A stretch of 64,000 bases of DNA from positions 24,214 to 88,213 of the forward strand of contig JANMDX010000018.1 of NCBI GenBank assembly GCA_031376505.1. The letters run 5' to 3'. Below are positions 45,053 through 55,327 of the stretch, piece after piece; within the stretch, counting starts at the first letter, position 1; every line of letters begins with the position of its first letter. The stretch is from Acidobacteriota bacterium (GTDB lineage Bacteria; Acidobacteriota; Vicinamibacteria; Vicinamibacterales; UBA2999). Both the position numbers and the translations under genes were made by a program. Below the pieces are notes generated by a model, which ran no database searches, was not told the DNA's origin, and worked only from the letters and a program-made list of their open reading frames with translations.

Positions 45053-45059
45053 GAAGCGC

Positions 45060-47039
45060 CTACCCTTGAACCTGCGGGCGGCTCAGACGCGCCAGACGAG
45101 CCGGTACGTCGCGATAGCCGCCCGCGTCGGCGTCGAGCTCGCCAAAAACCGCCAGGGCGCGCGCCGTTTCTCCGAGATCTTCAAGCACGTCGGCGAGATC
45201 ATACAGCAAGGCACGTCCGGCCTCGACCGAGGGCGCGGGGGCTTCGGCCGCCCGTTCGAACCAGGTGAGTGCGCCGGCTCGATCCTGGCGCTCTGCCAGC
45301 AGCCTTCCTAACGTGGAGGCCGCATCGAACCGTTGCCGCGCCGAGCGTGCCGCCAGCTCGAGCGATTGAATCGCGTCGTCAAGCATCCCCATGTCGCGGT
45401 ATGTCATCCCAAGGCGCAGTTGCTCTGCTGCCAGTCCGTCGTCGGCGCTGCGCCCCGGTTCGGGCGGCGCGCTCGCCTTGCGCGTCTTGCCGGTCTTCAT
45501 GAGCCTGCGGTCGTCGCCATCAGCGAGCGAGTCCGTGAGGTCGACTTCGGAGGACTCGGGACCCGGGGAGGCAGGCTCGAGATCGATCGGGTCGTCGAAG
45601 ATGACGCCTTCGTTCAGATCCATCTTGTCGGTGGCCATGAAGGGGCTGTCGCCACTCAGGCGGTCGGCGATGACCGCGTCGGGATCGGCTTCGCCTAGCA
45701 TCTCGAGGGCGCGCCTGAACCGCTCGATGTTGGCGCGATCCCATGGCTCACGTGCGACGAGGTCTTCGCTGATGATGCGCGCCTCCAGGCCACGGCCGGC
45801 ATCGAGGTAGGCATCGGCCAGCTGCGCCTGAGCGGAGTACATCGTGGCCTCGAGGCCGCCGTCGACGCAGATCTCGACCAGCCGCATCAACGCCACGATG
45901 TGGCGACGCACCCGGGTCACAAACTCGTGCAACGCCGCGGCGGCGGCCGCGAAATCGCCGTCGGCAACCGCCGCATCGGCGACGGCCTCGATCCCTGGAT
46001 ACGCGGAATCGGCGTCGTGCTCGGCAAGGCGGCACGACATGGCAATTGCGGCTTCGCGCTGCGACGGGTCGGCGGCAAGCGCATGGGCGACGGCGGCGCG
46101 CCCCTCGTCGAGGTGGCCCTGCCGCAGTTCGGACTCGGCCACCACCATCCACAGGGTCGGGTCGTGGGCAACGACCTCGGGGGTCAGGTAGCGACGGGCT
46201 GTGCCCATGTCGCCGTTGGCCAGGTGCGCGCGCACCAGCCTGACACGGGCATCGACGTCACCGGCATCCATGTCGGCCACGCGGCCGAGCACGGCCAGGG
46301 CTTCCCCGTGCTGGCCCGCGCCTTCGAGGGCGGTCGCCAGCTGGCGCAGTTCGGCCGGCGACGAGGCCCACGCCAACGCGCGCGCAAACTCGCCGCTGGC
46401 GAGGTCGGCCGCCAGCACGTGACCGCGGGCGACATCGTCGCTCGGATCGAGTTCGAGGAGATCGCGGTAGGCCGACCGCGCCTCGTCGTGGCGGTCCTGC
46501 TTGATGAACCATTCCGCGACGGCCCGGAACTCGCGGATGGCCGCATCGGAGTCGCCGAGGTCGCGCGCGGCCTTGGCCGCAGTGAAGCGAGCGGCGAAGT
46601 CCTCGGGATCGACCATGCCGAGGCGCACCGCCATCTCGGCGGCCCCCCGGATGTTGCCCATCTTGCGCCGGCGCTCGCCAACGGCCAGAAAGGCAGCCTT
46701 GGCATCGGCCAGCAGGCCCTGCTTGGCGGAGACATCGCCCGAGCGGATCTGGGCGTACTCATCAAGCGGCTTGACCTTGATGATCTTCTTGAAGAGCGCC
46801 GCTGCCTTCGGGTAGAAGCCCTCGTCGGCCAGGTGGTCGGCAATGCGTGTGTACTGCTCCACGCCCTTGTCGAGCTGGCCGGCGCGCACGAAGAGATCGC
46901 CGAGCGCGTTCGCACTGTTCCAGTCACGCGGCTGCGCGAGCACCAGCGCCTGGTACTCGTCAATGGCTGCGTCCACCCGGCCAAGCCGCAGGGCCTTCTC
47001 AGCCCGCTTCAAAGCCCCGTCGCGATCGAATGGCGCCAC
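45060..47039 (-). CDS. TPR-repeat protein (659 aa, cytoplasmic)
   Basis: Many TPR-like helical hairpins. No signal peptide. Confidence 0.75.
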   Translation of the reverse strand: MAPFDRDGALKRAEKALRLGRVDAAIDEYQALVLAQPRDWNSANALGDLFVRAGQLDKGVEQYTRIADHLADEGFYPKAAALFKKIIKVKPLDEYAQIRSGDVSAKQGLLADAKAAFLAVGERRRKMGNIRGAAEMAVRLGMVDPEDFAARFTAAKAARDLGDSDAAIREFRAVAEWFIKQDRHDEARSAYRDLLELDPSDDVARGHVLAADLASGEFARALAWASSPAELRQLATALEGAGQHGEALAVLGRVADMDAGDVDARVRLVRAHLANGDMGTARRYLTPEVVAHDPTLWMVVAESELRQGHLDEGRAAVAHALAADPSQREAAIAMSCRLAEHDADSAYPGIEAVADAAVADGDFAAAAAALHEFVTRVRRHIVALMRLVEICVDGGLEATMYSAQAQLADAYLDAGRGLEARIISEDLVAREPWDRANIERFRRALEMLGEADPDAVIADRLSGDSPFMATDKMDLNEGVIFDDPIDLEPASPGPESSEVDLTDSLADGDDRRLMKTGKTRKASAPPEPGRSADDGLAAEQLRLGMTYRDMGMLDDAIQSLELAARSARQRFDAASTLGRLLAERQDRAGALTWFERAAEAPAPSVEAGRALLYDLADVLEDLGETARALAVFGELDADAGGYRDVPARLARLSRPQVQG

Positions 47040-47051
47040 GTGCGTCCGCCC

Positions 47052-47681
47052 TCAGTCCAGAGTATTGAATAGCGACGCCGGCTTGAACGAGCGCCGGTGC
47101 GCCTGCGAGTAACCGAACCTGGCTAGTGCGGCCAGATGCTCGGCCGTGCCGTAACCCTTGTGCCGGCTGTAGCCATACCGGCTATCGGTCAGGTGCAACG
47201 CGTCCATCAGCCGGTCGCGCGTCACCTTTGCGACAATCGACGCCGCCGCAATGGCCGAGCAGCGCCGATCGCCCCCCGTAACCGCATGCTGCGCCATCGG
47301 CAGCCCGTCGAGCCGAAAAGCATCGACCAGCACGAGCTCGGGTTGAGGCAGGAGTCCGGACACCGCCCGGGCCATCGCCAACAGCGACGCTCGATGGATG
47401 TTGTATCGGTCTATCTCGGCAGGATCTGCAACCCCGACGGCCCAGGCGACCGCGCGGTGGCAGATGGCGTCGTGCAGCCGTTCCCGGGCGGCCGCCGTGA
47501 GCAGTTTCGAGTCGGCCAAGCCGGGGATGTGGCGAGCCGGATCGAGCACAACTGCGCACGCGAGAACGGGACCAGCCAGGCAGCCGCGTCCCACTTCGTC
47601 GACGCCGGCGATCCGGCCGAAGCCGTATCGCCGGTAGAGATTTTCCGTCGTGCGCCGGGCGCGAGCGTGCGGCATGGCCAC
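47052..47681 (-). CDS. rnhB: Ribonuclease HII
   Basis: AGVDEVGRGCLAGPV, DSK, and the C-terminal HR.SF motif. Confidence 0.92.
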   Translation of the reverse strand: MAMPHARARRTTENLYRRYGFGRIAGVDEVGRGCLAGPVLACAVVLDPARHIPGLADSKLLTAAARERLHDAICHRAVAWAVGVADPAEIDRYNIHRASLLAMARAVSGLLPQPELVLVDAFRLDGLPMAQHAVTGGDRRCSAIAAASIVAKVTRDRLMDALHLTDSRYGYSRHKGYGTAEHLAALARFGYSQAHRRSFKPASLFNTLD

Positions 47682-47699
47682 AGCGCAGACGGATCCACG

Positions 47700-48044
47700 T
47701 CAGCCTCTGCGGACTTCCTTCATACGGGCGGCTTTGCCCTTCAAGTCGCGCAGGTAGAACAGCTTGGCGCGGCGCACCTTGGCCGAGCGCAGCACTTCGA
47801 TCTTCTGAATGATTGGCGAGTGCAGCGGAAAAATGCGCTCGACGCCCTGACTGAACGACACCTTGCGCACCGTGAACGACGCGCGCGTGCCTCCGCGGCG
47901 CTGGGCGATGACGATCCCCTCGAAGACCTGGATACGTTCTTTGTCGCCTTCTTTGACGCGCACATGCACCTTGACGGTGTCGCCAGGCTGCATAGCCGGC
48001 CGTGCGATCATCTGCTTCTGCTCCAACATCTCGATTGCGTCCAT
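47700..48044 (-). CDS. rplS: 50S ribosomal protein L19
   Basis: [32 protein letters not shown]. The start is trimmed to ATG 48044, giving 114 aa. Confidence 0.95.
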   Translation of the reverse strand: MDAIEMLEQKQMIARPAMQPGDTVKVHVRVKEGDKERIQVFEGIVIAQRRGGTRASFTVRKVSFSQGVERIFPLHSPIIQKIEVLRSAKVRRAKLFYLRDLKGKAARMKEVRRG

Positions 48045-48049
48045 CGTTC

Positions 48050-48757
48050 CTAGCCGCTCCCTTCGTCGCTTGTCGTGACGCCGGGGATCAGGTCGGGCCG
48101 TCGCGCGCGCGTGCGCGCAGTGGCCGACTCCCGTCGCCATGTCGCAATGGCTCCGTGGTGCCCCGACAGCAGCACGCCCGGAACCTCCCGCCCCCGCCAC
48201 ACGGCCGGCCGTGTGTAATGCGGATGGTCTAGCCGCCCGGCCGAGAACGAATCCTCGCTCACCGACCGCGCATCCCCGACGACGCCGGGCACCAGCCGTG
48301 CCACGGCATCGAGCATGACGAGCGCCGGCAATTCCCCGCCGCTCACCACGTAGTCGCCAATCGACCACTCCTCGGCGCCGACGGCTTCACAGACCCGTTC
48401 GTCGATGCCTTCGTAGCGCCCGCACAGCCATGTCACGTGTCTCGCAGTCAAGAGGCGCTCTGCTGCCGCCTGATCGAATCGCCTGCCCGCTGGTGTCGGT
48501 ACAATCACCACCCCGGCAGTCCCCCGCGTCCCTCGGATCGCCTCCACGGCCAAGTACAGCGGCTCTGGCGTCATGACCATGCCAGGTCCTCCGCCAAACG
48601 GCTCATCGTCGACAACGCGGTGCCGGTCGGTCGTGTACGCGCGCAGGTCGTGAACCGCGATCTTCAGTAACCCGCTCGTCCGTGCCCGCCCCACCACCCC
48701 TTCGGCGAGGCCAGCTTCCACCATCCGCGGAAAGATCGTGACGATATCGAATGTCAC
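48050..48757 (-). CDS. trmD: tRNA (guanine37-N1)-methyltransferase
   Basis: [14 protein letters not shown] and [19 protein letters not shown] 48757 is preferred, with ATG 48796 as the alternative. Confidence 0.93.
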   Translation of the reverse strand: MTFDIVTIFPRMVEAGLAEGVVGRARTSGLLKIAVHDLRAYTTDRHRVVDDEPFGGGPGMVMTPEPLYLAVEAIRGTRGTAGVVIVPTPAGRRFDQAAAERLLTARHVTWLCGRYEGIDERVCEAVGAEEWSIGDYVVSGGELPALVMLDAVARLVPGVVGDARSVSEDSFSAGRLDHPHYTRPAVWRGREVPGVLLSGHHGAIATWRRESATARTRARRPDLIPGVTTSDEGSG

Positions 48758-48783
48758 GTGTGCCTCCCCCGTGGTGCTTCTCG

Positions 48784-49308
48784 CTACTCCTGCCACGCCC
48801 CATTGGCGTCGAGCAGGCCTTCCGGCGGCGTGACGACAATCCGCCGGGCCGCGGTGTCGACCGCGCAGAACGACTGCACGAGCGGCACAAGTACTTCGCC
48901 GCGCGGGGCGGCGATCACGAGCCGCACCGCCTGACCAGCGCCGTCAACCCGGTTCACGACTCCGACCCGCGTGCCGTCGGCCGTGACCACCTCGCATCCC
49001 ACCAGGTCATGGTGGTAGTACACATGTGGCGGCAGCGTCTGGACCGCCGACGCCGGCACCCGCAGCTGCCACCCGGCGACGCGTTCCGCGCCGGTCATGT
49101 CCACGATGCCCTCGAACCGCACGATCGGCCGGTCGAGATGCATCCGGAACTGCTCCACGGTCAGCGCCTCGATGGCACCGCCCGCTTCGGGACGCCCCCA
49201 CACCGTTGCGCCCTGGGCAAACCTGGTGTCAGGGAAGTCGGTCGTCGCGTTGACGATTACTTCCCCCCTGGTGCCCCGTGCCCGCGCCACCACCCCGACG
49301 AGCAACAT
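48784..49308 (-). CDS. rimM: 16S rRNA processing protein RimM
   Basis: VGVVARARGTRGEV and a PRC barrel at the C-terminus. The start is trimmed to ATG 49308. Confidence 0.85.
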   Translation of the reverse strand: MLLVGVVARARGTRGEVIVNATTDFPDTRFAQGATVWGRPEAGGAIEALTVEQFRMHLDRPIVRFEGIVDMTGAERVAGWQLRVPASAVQTLPPHVYYHHDLVGCEVVTADGTRVGVVNRVDGAGQAVRLVIAAPRGEVLVPLVQSFCAVDTAARRIVVTPPEGLLDANGAWQE

Positions 49309-49333
49309 CTCGCCCCAGGTGGCCGCCGACGGC

Positions 49334-49588
49334 TCAACGCCGCCCGGACGAGTCGCGGATGTCGAGTTGGATTTTCTGTCCATCCACGTCGGCCGCGGCT
49401 GCGAGCAACTGCCGGAGCGCCGCAGCGGTGCGGCCCTGCCGTCCGATGACGCGGCCCAAATCGCCGGTCGCCACCTGCAACTCGAAATGCAAGCCGCCAC
49501 GGCGTTCGCCCTGGACGACTTCCACCGCATCGGGCTCGTCTGCCAGGGCCCGCGCCACGATTTCGACGAGCGATTTCAGCTCAGCCAC
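49334..49588 (-). CDS. KH-domain RNA-binding protein (YlqC/UPF0109-like)
   Basis: VATGDLGRVIGRQGRTAAALR (GxxG KH motif). It occupies the conserved position between rpsP and rimM. Confidence 0.85.
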   Translation of the reverse strand: MAELKSLVEIVARALADEPDAVEVVQGERRGGLHFELQVATGDLGRVIGRQGRTAAALRQLLAAAADVDGQKIQLDIRDSSGRR

Positions 49589-49600
49589 GCTGTCGCTCCG

Positions 49601-49894
49601 TTACGACTGCGGCGCAGCCGCCGCCGCCTCGACGACCGGCACCGTGGCGCTCAGGTCGCGCGTCACGTGCTTGGCGAGCAGTGTCCGCACCGAGTCCGAC
49701 GGCCGGGCGCCCTGGGAGATCCAGTGCGCGATGCGCTCGCGATTCACGTCAACCACGGCCGGCTTGGTGCGTGGGTTGTAGAAGCCGAGGGTCTCGAGAA
49801 ACCCACCCTCGCGCGGCGAGCGCCGCTCGGTGACGACCACCCGGTAATGGGGGCGCTTCTTCGACCCCGTGCGACGCATGCGAATAACCAACAT
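49601..49894 (-). CDS. rpsP: 30S ribosomal protein S16
   Basis: MLVIRMRRTGSKKRPHYRVVV. Confidence 0.95.
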   Translation of the reverse strand: MLVIRMRRTGSKKRPHYRVVVTERRSPREGGFLETLGFYNPRTKPAVVDVNRERIAHWISQGARPSDSVRTLLAKHVTRDLSATVPVVEAAAAAPQS

Positions 49895-49930
49895 AAGTAG
49901 TGTCCTCGTCCTCGCCAGCCGGACATCCGG

Positions 49931-51292
49931 CTAGCGCATCAGGCTGTAGGGCCCCTTCTTCTTCCGCTTTTTGGGAGCTTCTGGCACGGTCTCGCCCGTC
50001 ATCTGCCCCACCATCTTGAGCATCTTCCGCATCTCGGCATACTGCTTCAGCAGCCGGTTCACATCCTCGACCGACGTGCCGCTGCCCTTGGCAATGCGCT
50101 TCCGCCGGCTCCCGTCGATCACCTCGGCGTGCTCGCGCTCATCGGGCGTCATCGCATTGATGATCGCCTCGACCCGTCGCAGCTGCCGCTCGTCGGGCTT
50201 CTGCGCGCCGAGTTCCTTCATCTGGCCCATGCCCGGGAGCAGCTTCATGATGTGCTCGAGCGGGCCCATCTTTCGAATCGTGCGCAGCTGATCGCGGAAG
50301 TCGGCGAGGCTGAACGTGTTCTTGCGAATCTTGTCTTCGAGCCGAGCCGCGTCCGCGCCGTCGATGACGCCTTCGGCCTTCTCGATGAGCGAGAGCACAT
50401 CGCCCATGCCGAGCAGGCGCGACACGAATCGGTCGGAATGAAAGGCGTCGAGGTCTTCCAGGCGCTCGCCCGCACCCACAAACGCGATGGGCACGCCCAC
50501 CACCGACACGACCGACAGTGCCGCGCCGCCGCGGGCATCGCCGTCGACTTTCGAGAGCACGACGCCGGTGACGCCAATCTGACGGTTGAATTCACCAGCG
50601 CTCTTGATGGCGTCCTGGCCCGTCATGGCGTCGGCGACGTAGAGCAGGTCGGACGGCGACACGGCGGCCTTGATGGCCGCGAGCTCGGCCATCAGCTCGT
50701 CGTCGATATGCAGGCGGCCGGCGGTATCGACGATGACGACGTCGCAGCCGGTGTTCCGGGCTTCGACCATCGCACCGCGCGCCCGCGCAACGGGGTCGAG
50801 GTTGCCCACCGGATCAAAGACCCGCACGCCGGCCTTGGCGCCCACCACGGCGAGCTGCTCGATGGCAGCGGGACGGCGAACGTCGGTCGAGACCACGACC
50901 GGGTGCCGGCCTTGCTTGGCCAGCATCAGCGCCAGTTTGCCGGTCGTCGTGGTTTTGCCCGAGCCCTGCAGGCCGAGCATCACAATGACCTTCGGCACCG
51001 GTCCGCCGACCGACAGACCGCCTTTGGCGTCGCCGAAGAGACCGAGCAGTTCGTCGCGCACGATCTTGATGACGTGCTGGCTGGGGCTGAGACTGGCCAG
51101 GACGACCGCATCGCTCGCCTTGTCGCGCACGCGATCGACAAACGCCTTCACGACCTGGAGGTTGACGTCGGCCTCGATGAGGGCGACCCGAAGCTCGCGC
51201 AAGACGCGTTCCGTCGTCTCTGGCGTGAGGCGAACCTCGCCGCTCAACGACTGGAAGACATCTTGGAGCCGGGTACTCAGGGCGTCGAACAT
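49931..51292 (-). CDS. ffh: Signal recognition particle protein Ffh
   Basis: N, G (GLQGSGKTTT, DTAGR) and M domains. Full length. Confidence 0.97.
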   Translation of the reverse strand: MFDALSTRLQDVFQSLSGEVRLTPETTERVLRELRVALIEADVNLQVVKAFVDRVRDKASDAVVLASLSPSQHVIKIVRDELLGLFGDAKGGLSVGGPVPKVIVMLGLQGSGKTTTTGKLALMLAKQGRHPVVVSTDVRRPAAIEQLAVVGAKAGVRVFDPVGNLDPVARARGAMVEARNTGCDVVIVDTAGRLHIDDELMAELAAIKAAVSPSDLLYVADAMTGQDAIKSAGEFNRQIGVTGVVLSKVDGDARGGAALSVVSVVGVPIAFVGAGERLEDLDAFHSDRFVSRLLGMGDVLSLIEKAEGVIDGADAARLEDKIRKNTFSLADFRDQLRTIRKMGPLEHIMKLLPGMGQMKELGAQKPDERQLRRVEAIINAMTPDEREHAEVIDGSRRKRIAKGSGTSVEDVNRLLKQYAEMRKMLKMVGQMTGETVPEAPKKRKKKGPYSLMR

Positions 51293-51329
51293 GGGTATGG
51301 TCGGCCGAGTGTCCTCGGCACAAACCTTT

Positions 51330-51359
51330 ATTCTACTTGAGGTTCTGACGAACGGTCAA
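51330..51359 (-). promoter_or_regulatory. Candidate sigma-70 promoter for the ffh-rpsP-...-rplS string
   Basis: On the minus strand: TTGACC (51359-51354, overlapping the ribBA stop), an 18-nt spacer, then TAGAAT (51335-51330). It lies about 38 nt upstream of the ffh ATG. Confidence 0.35.
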
Positions 51360-52657
51360 ACCTTCGTGAGCCGATGTCCCAGTCGTTTCTTCTTCGTCCG
51401 CAGATATCCACGAGTCGTGTCGGTGGGTGCCATCTCGAGCGGTGACGTCGCCACCACCGCCAGCCCGTAGCCCTGCAAACCCACGAACTTTCGCGGATTG
51501 TTCGTCAGCAACCTCATCGTGCGGACCCCCAGGTCGCGCAGGACCTGGGCGCCGATGCCGTAGTCGCGCTGGTCGGGCTTGAAGCCCAGGCGTCTGTTCG
51601 CCTCGACCGTGTCGAGACCCTGATCCTGGAGTTCGTAGGCGCGAATCTTGTTGGACAGACCGATACCGCGCCCTTCCTGGTTCAAGTAAAGCAGCACACC
51701 CCGCCCCTCGGCCGCGATGCGCTGCATGGCGGCCTCGAGCTGGGCCCCGCAGTCGCAGCGGGACGACTGGAAGACGTCGCCCGTGAGGCACTTCGAGTGC
51801 ACCCTCACGAGCACGTCCTGGCCATCTCCGAGGTCGCCGCACACGAGCGCCACATGCGTTTCCTTGTCGAGAGGGCTCTCATAGGCGTGAATCCGGAACG
51901 CGCCGTGCGCGGTGGGCAGGCCGGCCTGCGCCACCCGAGTCACAAGGCGCTCGGTGCGCATCCGGTACCGGATCAGGTCGGCCACCGTAATCATGAGCAG
52001 ACGGTGCCGCCTGGCAAACGTCACCAGGTCGGGAACGCGCGCCATGCTGCCGTCGGCCTTGGCGATCTCGCAAATCACCCCGGCCGGATAGAGCCCGGCC
52101 GCACGCGCCAGGTCGATGGCCGCTTCCGTCTGTCCAGCGCGTACGAGCACCCCGCCGTCGCGCGCCCGGAGTGGCAGCACGTGGCCCGGCCTCGCCAGGT
52201 CGGTCGCCTTGGTGCGCTTGTGGATGGCCGTCAGAATCGTCGTCGCGCGATCGGAAGCCGAAATCCCGGTCGTGACGCCGCGGCGCGCCTCGATGCCCAC
52301 GCAAAAGGCCGTGTCGAACATCGTCGTATTCCGGCCGGCGGGTACCTGGAGCGGCACGTCCAGTTCGTCGAGCCGCTCGGCGGTCATCGGCATGCAGATC
52401 AGGCCACGGCCCTCGGTCATCATGAAATTGATGATCCCGGGTGTGACCTTCTCGGCCGCCACCGTCAGGTCGCCTTCGTTCTCGCGATCTTCGTCATCGA
52501 CCACGATGACCATGTGTCCGCGACGGATGGCGTCGACGGCCAGTTCAACCGGGGCGAAGGGACCGCGCCTCCGTGAAGGCGCCGGGCGCGATGCCGCCCG
52601 AGCGGTGCGATCGGGCTTGCGCGCGGAGGAACGGGAACGGGGAGCGGGCTTTGGCAT
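51356..52657 (-). CDS. ribBA: Bifunctional 3,4-dihydroxy-2-butanone-4-phosphate synthase / GTP cyclohydrolase II
   Basis: [13 protein letters not shown] (RibB) and the Cys-rich [13 protein letters not shown] (RibA). The start is trimmed to ATG 52657. A basic ~35-aa N-terminal extension remains. Confidence 0.93.
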   Translation of the reverse strand: MPKPAPRSRSSARKPDRTARAASRPAPSRRRGPFAPVELAVDAIRRGHMVIVVDDEDRENEGDLTVAAEKVTPGIINFMMTEGRGLICMPMTAERLDELDVPLQVPAGRNTTMFDTAFCVGIEARRGVTTGISASDRATTILTAIHKRTKATDLARPGHVLPLRARDGGVLVRAGQTEAAIDLARAAGLYPAGVICEIAKADGSMARVPDLVTFARRHRLLMITVADLIRYRMRTERLVTRVAQAGLPTAHGAFRIHAYESPLDKETHVALVCGDLGDGQDVLVRVHSKCLTGDVFQSSRCDCGAQLEAAMQRIAAEGRGVLLYLNQEGRGIGLSNKIRAYELQDQGLDTVEANRRLGFKPDQRDYGIGAQVLRDLGVRTMRLLTNNPRKFVGLQGYGLAVVATSPLEMAPTDTTRGYLRTKKKRLGHRLTKV

Positions 52658-52668
52658 GATGCGTCCGG

Positions 52669-53280
52669 TCACCGTCGCCGCAGGTCGGACAGCCCGGCGA
52701 TTTCCGCCGCGCGTACGACATATTTCCCAAGCACGTCGCACTCGAGGTTGACCCTGTCCCCTGTCTTGAGGTCGGCAAGCGTCGTGTGTGCCCAGGTGTA
52801 TGGCACGATTTGCAGATCGATGCGGCGGTCGTCTAGCCCAGCCACGGTCAGGCTTACGCCCTCGACCGTGACGCTGCCCTTCCGGATGAAGAGCGGAGCC
52901 AGCGAAGGCGGATAGCTCACGGTAAGCCAGTGACTGTCGCCTTCGGCGCGCACGTCGTCGATCACCCCGACGCCGTCGACGTGCCCAAGGACGAAATGTC
53001 CGCCGAGGCGGCCATCGGCGCGCATCGGCCGTTCGAGGTTGACGCGCTGGCCGCGGGCCAGTCCCCCGAGCGTCGTGACCCGTGCCGTTTCCGGTCCGAT
53101 GTCGGCGTGGATCTCGCCCTGTCCCACGACCAGCGTCGTAAGGCAGACACCGCAAACCGCCACGCTGTCGCCCGGCTGCGTCTCGCGAGCAAGCGGCGTC
53201 TCGATCCGCACGCGATACCCACCCGCCATGGGCTTCACTTCGGCCAGGCGTCCGACGTGCTCAACGATTCCAGTGAACAT
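52669..53280 (-). CDS. ribE: Riboflavin synthase (alpha chain)
   Basis: MFTGIV..VG and duplicated lumazine-binding repeats ([12 protein letters not shown] / [11 protein letters not shown]). Confidence 0.92.
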   Translation of the reverse strand: MFTGIVEHVGRLAEVKPMAGGYRVRIETPLARETQPGDSVAVCGVCLTTLVVGQGEIHADIGPETARVTTLGGLARGQRVNLERPMRADGRLGGHFVLGHVDGVGVIDDVRAEGDSHWLTVSYPPSLAPLFIRKGSVTVEGVSLTVAGLDDRRIDLQIVPYTWAHTTLADLKTGDRVNLECDVLGKYVVRAAEIAGLSDLRRR

Positions 53281-54343
53281 CAGCCTCTATCCAGACATCT
53301 TGCCCGCAGGGCTCTGCGTTCAGCCCGCTCAGTCGATCCCACGGGACGGGATACCCGTCAAAGAGCGGCACACCGCCATCACCGAGCACGCCAGGTGCGA
53401 CGATGAGATGCAAGCGATCGACCAATCCGGCCTCCCAGAGTGCCCGCTGCAAGCGGCCGCCGCCCTCGACCAGCAGCGTCTGTACGTCGAAACCTACGAG
53501 CAGCCGACACGCATGCTCGAGCGTGGCCGCCGCGATGACCACGGCCCCCTGCACTTCCAACTCGCTCACCCGATCGGAGCGTTCGGCCAACGATGTCGGT
53601 GATGTGACTATTATCACCCGGCCGCCCCCGCAGGTGACCAGGATGCGCGCGCCCGGCGGCGTCCGCAGGGCGCGATCGAACACCACGCGCGTGAACGGCC
53701 GGTCGCGAACCACGTCGCGCACGGTCAGCCACGGGTCATCCACGAGAATCGTGCCGACCCCCACGCCAATCGCGTCTGTCGACGCGCGGAGCACCTGGGT
53801 GCGACGCCCGGCGGCGGCGCCAGTGATCCTGGTCCGCAGACCCGGCGCGGCGGCAATGCGACCGTCGCGGCTGGCTGCGGCCTTGAGGACGACCAGCACC
53901 CGGCCGCGTTCGTGCGCCGACAGGAATGCGGCATTGAGGCGCCGCGCGGCCGTTTCTTCCAGCCCCACATCGACCGTCACTCCGGCGGCGCGCAACTGGG
54001 CGATGCCCCCGCCAGACACCCGCGGGTCCGGATCCCGGGTGGCCACGACGACACGCGCGACGCCAGCGGCCAGAAGCCGCTCGGTGCATGGCCCGGTGCG
54101 CCCAGTGTGACAGCACGGCTCGAGCGTGACGTAGATCGTGGCGCCGCGGCCCCGTGCTCCGGCGGCGTCGAGAGCCACCACTTCCGCGTGCGGGTCCCCG
54201 GCGCGCGCGTGAAACCCTTCTCCGACCACGACGCCGTCAGTGTCCACGACCACCGCGCCGACGAGCGGGTTGGGCGCGGTCGCGCCCTGGGCACGGGCAG
54301 CGTGGAACAACGCCCGGCGCATCATCTGCGCATCGTCTACCAC
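53261..54343 (-). CDS. ribD: Bifunctional riboflavin biosynthesis deaminase/reductase
   Basis: CMP/dCMP deaminase zinc motifs HAEV and PCxHxGRTGPC, then the reductase domain. It overlaps the ftsY stop by 7 nt. Confidence 0.9.
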   Translation of the reverse strand: MVDDAQMMRRALFHAARAQGATAPNPLVGAVVVDTDGVVVGEGFHARAGDPHAEVVALDAAGARGRGATIYVTLEPCCHTGRTGPCTERLLAAGVARVVVATRDPDPRVSGGGIAQLRAAGVTVDVGLEETAARRLNAAFLSAHERGRVLVVLKAAASRDGRIAAAPGLRTRITGAAAGRRTQVLRASTDAIGVGVGTILVDDPWLTVRDVVRDRPFTRVVFDRALRTPPGARILVTCGGGRVIIVTSPTSLAERSDRVSELEVQGAVVIAAATLEHACRLLVGFDVQTLLVEGGGRLQRALWEAGLVDRLHLIVAPGVLGDGGVPLFDGYPVPWDRLSGLNAEPCGQDVWIEADVHWNR

Positions 54344-55266
54344 GAGGGCCGGAACAACGCGTCGACATACGTCTCGGCGGAAAACGGCAACAGGTCGTCG
54401 ATGCTCTCGCCGACCCCGACGTAACGAATCGGCAGCTTCAGTTCGTGCGCGATGGCAATGGCGATGCCGCCCTTGGCGGTGCCATCGAGCTTGGTGAGGA
54501 CCACTCCGGTCACGCCGGCGGTTGCGGCGAACTCTCGAGCCTGCACGAGGCCGTTCTGCCCCACCGTGGCATCGAGCACCAGCAGCACTTCGTGCGGCGC
54601 GCCCGGCACTTCGCGCTCGGTGATGCGACGAATCTTGTCGAGTTCGGCCATCAGGTTGACACGGGTGTGAAGGCGCCCGGCCGTATCGATCACCACCGTG
54701 CGCGTGTGGCGGGCCTTAGCCGCGGTCAGGGCATCGAATACCACAGCGGCGGCATCCGAACCTTCCTGCGCGCGCACGATGTCGACACCGGCCCGTGTGG
54801 CCCAGATCTGCAACTGGTCGACGGCCGCGGCGCGGAACGTATCAGCCGCGCAAATGAGCGTCTGCTCGCCGTCGAGCCGCAGACGATTGGCGAGCTTCCC
54901 GACGGTCGTGGTCTTGCCCGTGCCGTTCACGCCCACCACCAGCACGACTCGCGGTCCCGCGACCGGGCGAACGATCGGCCTGTCTGCCCCAGCGAAGACC
55001 TCCTGCAGTTCCTCAGCCAGCAGCGTCCGCAACCCGGAACCGCGCCGGTAGCGGCGTTTCACACCCTCGAGCAGCCGCGCCGTGGCCGCCAGACCCACGT
55101 CGGCTCCGAGCAGCAGTTCCTCGAGCGCCTCGGTCGTGTCGACGTCCACGCCGTCGACCTGGCGATCCGGCGCGTCGGCCCGCCGGACGATCTCGTCGAA
55201 ACGCTGCGCCAGCCGTTCGGCGGTCCGCGAGAGTCCTTGCGTGAGTCCGTCGAGGAACCTCATCAC
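54337..55266 (-). CDS. ftsY: Signal recognition particle receptor FtsY
   Basis: NG domain only (GVNGTGKTTT, DTAGR, TKLDGTAKGG). No long acidic A-domain. Confidence 0.93.
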   Translation of the reverse strand: MMRFLDGLTQGLSRTAERLAQRFDEIVRRADAPDRQVDGVDVDTTEALEELLLGADVGLAATARLLEGVKRRYRRGSGLRTLLAEELQEVFAGADRPIVRPVAGPRVVLVVGVNGTGKTTTVGKLANRLRLDGEQTLICAADTFRAAAVDQLQIWATRAGVDIVRAQEGSDAAAVVFDALTAAKARHTRTVVIDTAGRLHTRVNLMAELDKIRRITEREVPGAPHEVLLVLDATVGQNGLVQAREFAATAGVTGVVLTKLDGTAKGGIAIAIAHELKLPIRYVGVGESIDDLLPFSAETYVDALFRPSW

Positions 55267-55327
55267 GCCGATCTTAGCAGGCCCGCGGTGTCCACAGTCG
55301 AGGCGCCCGGGGCCTGAGGGACGGCCG

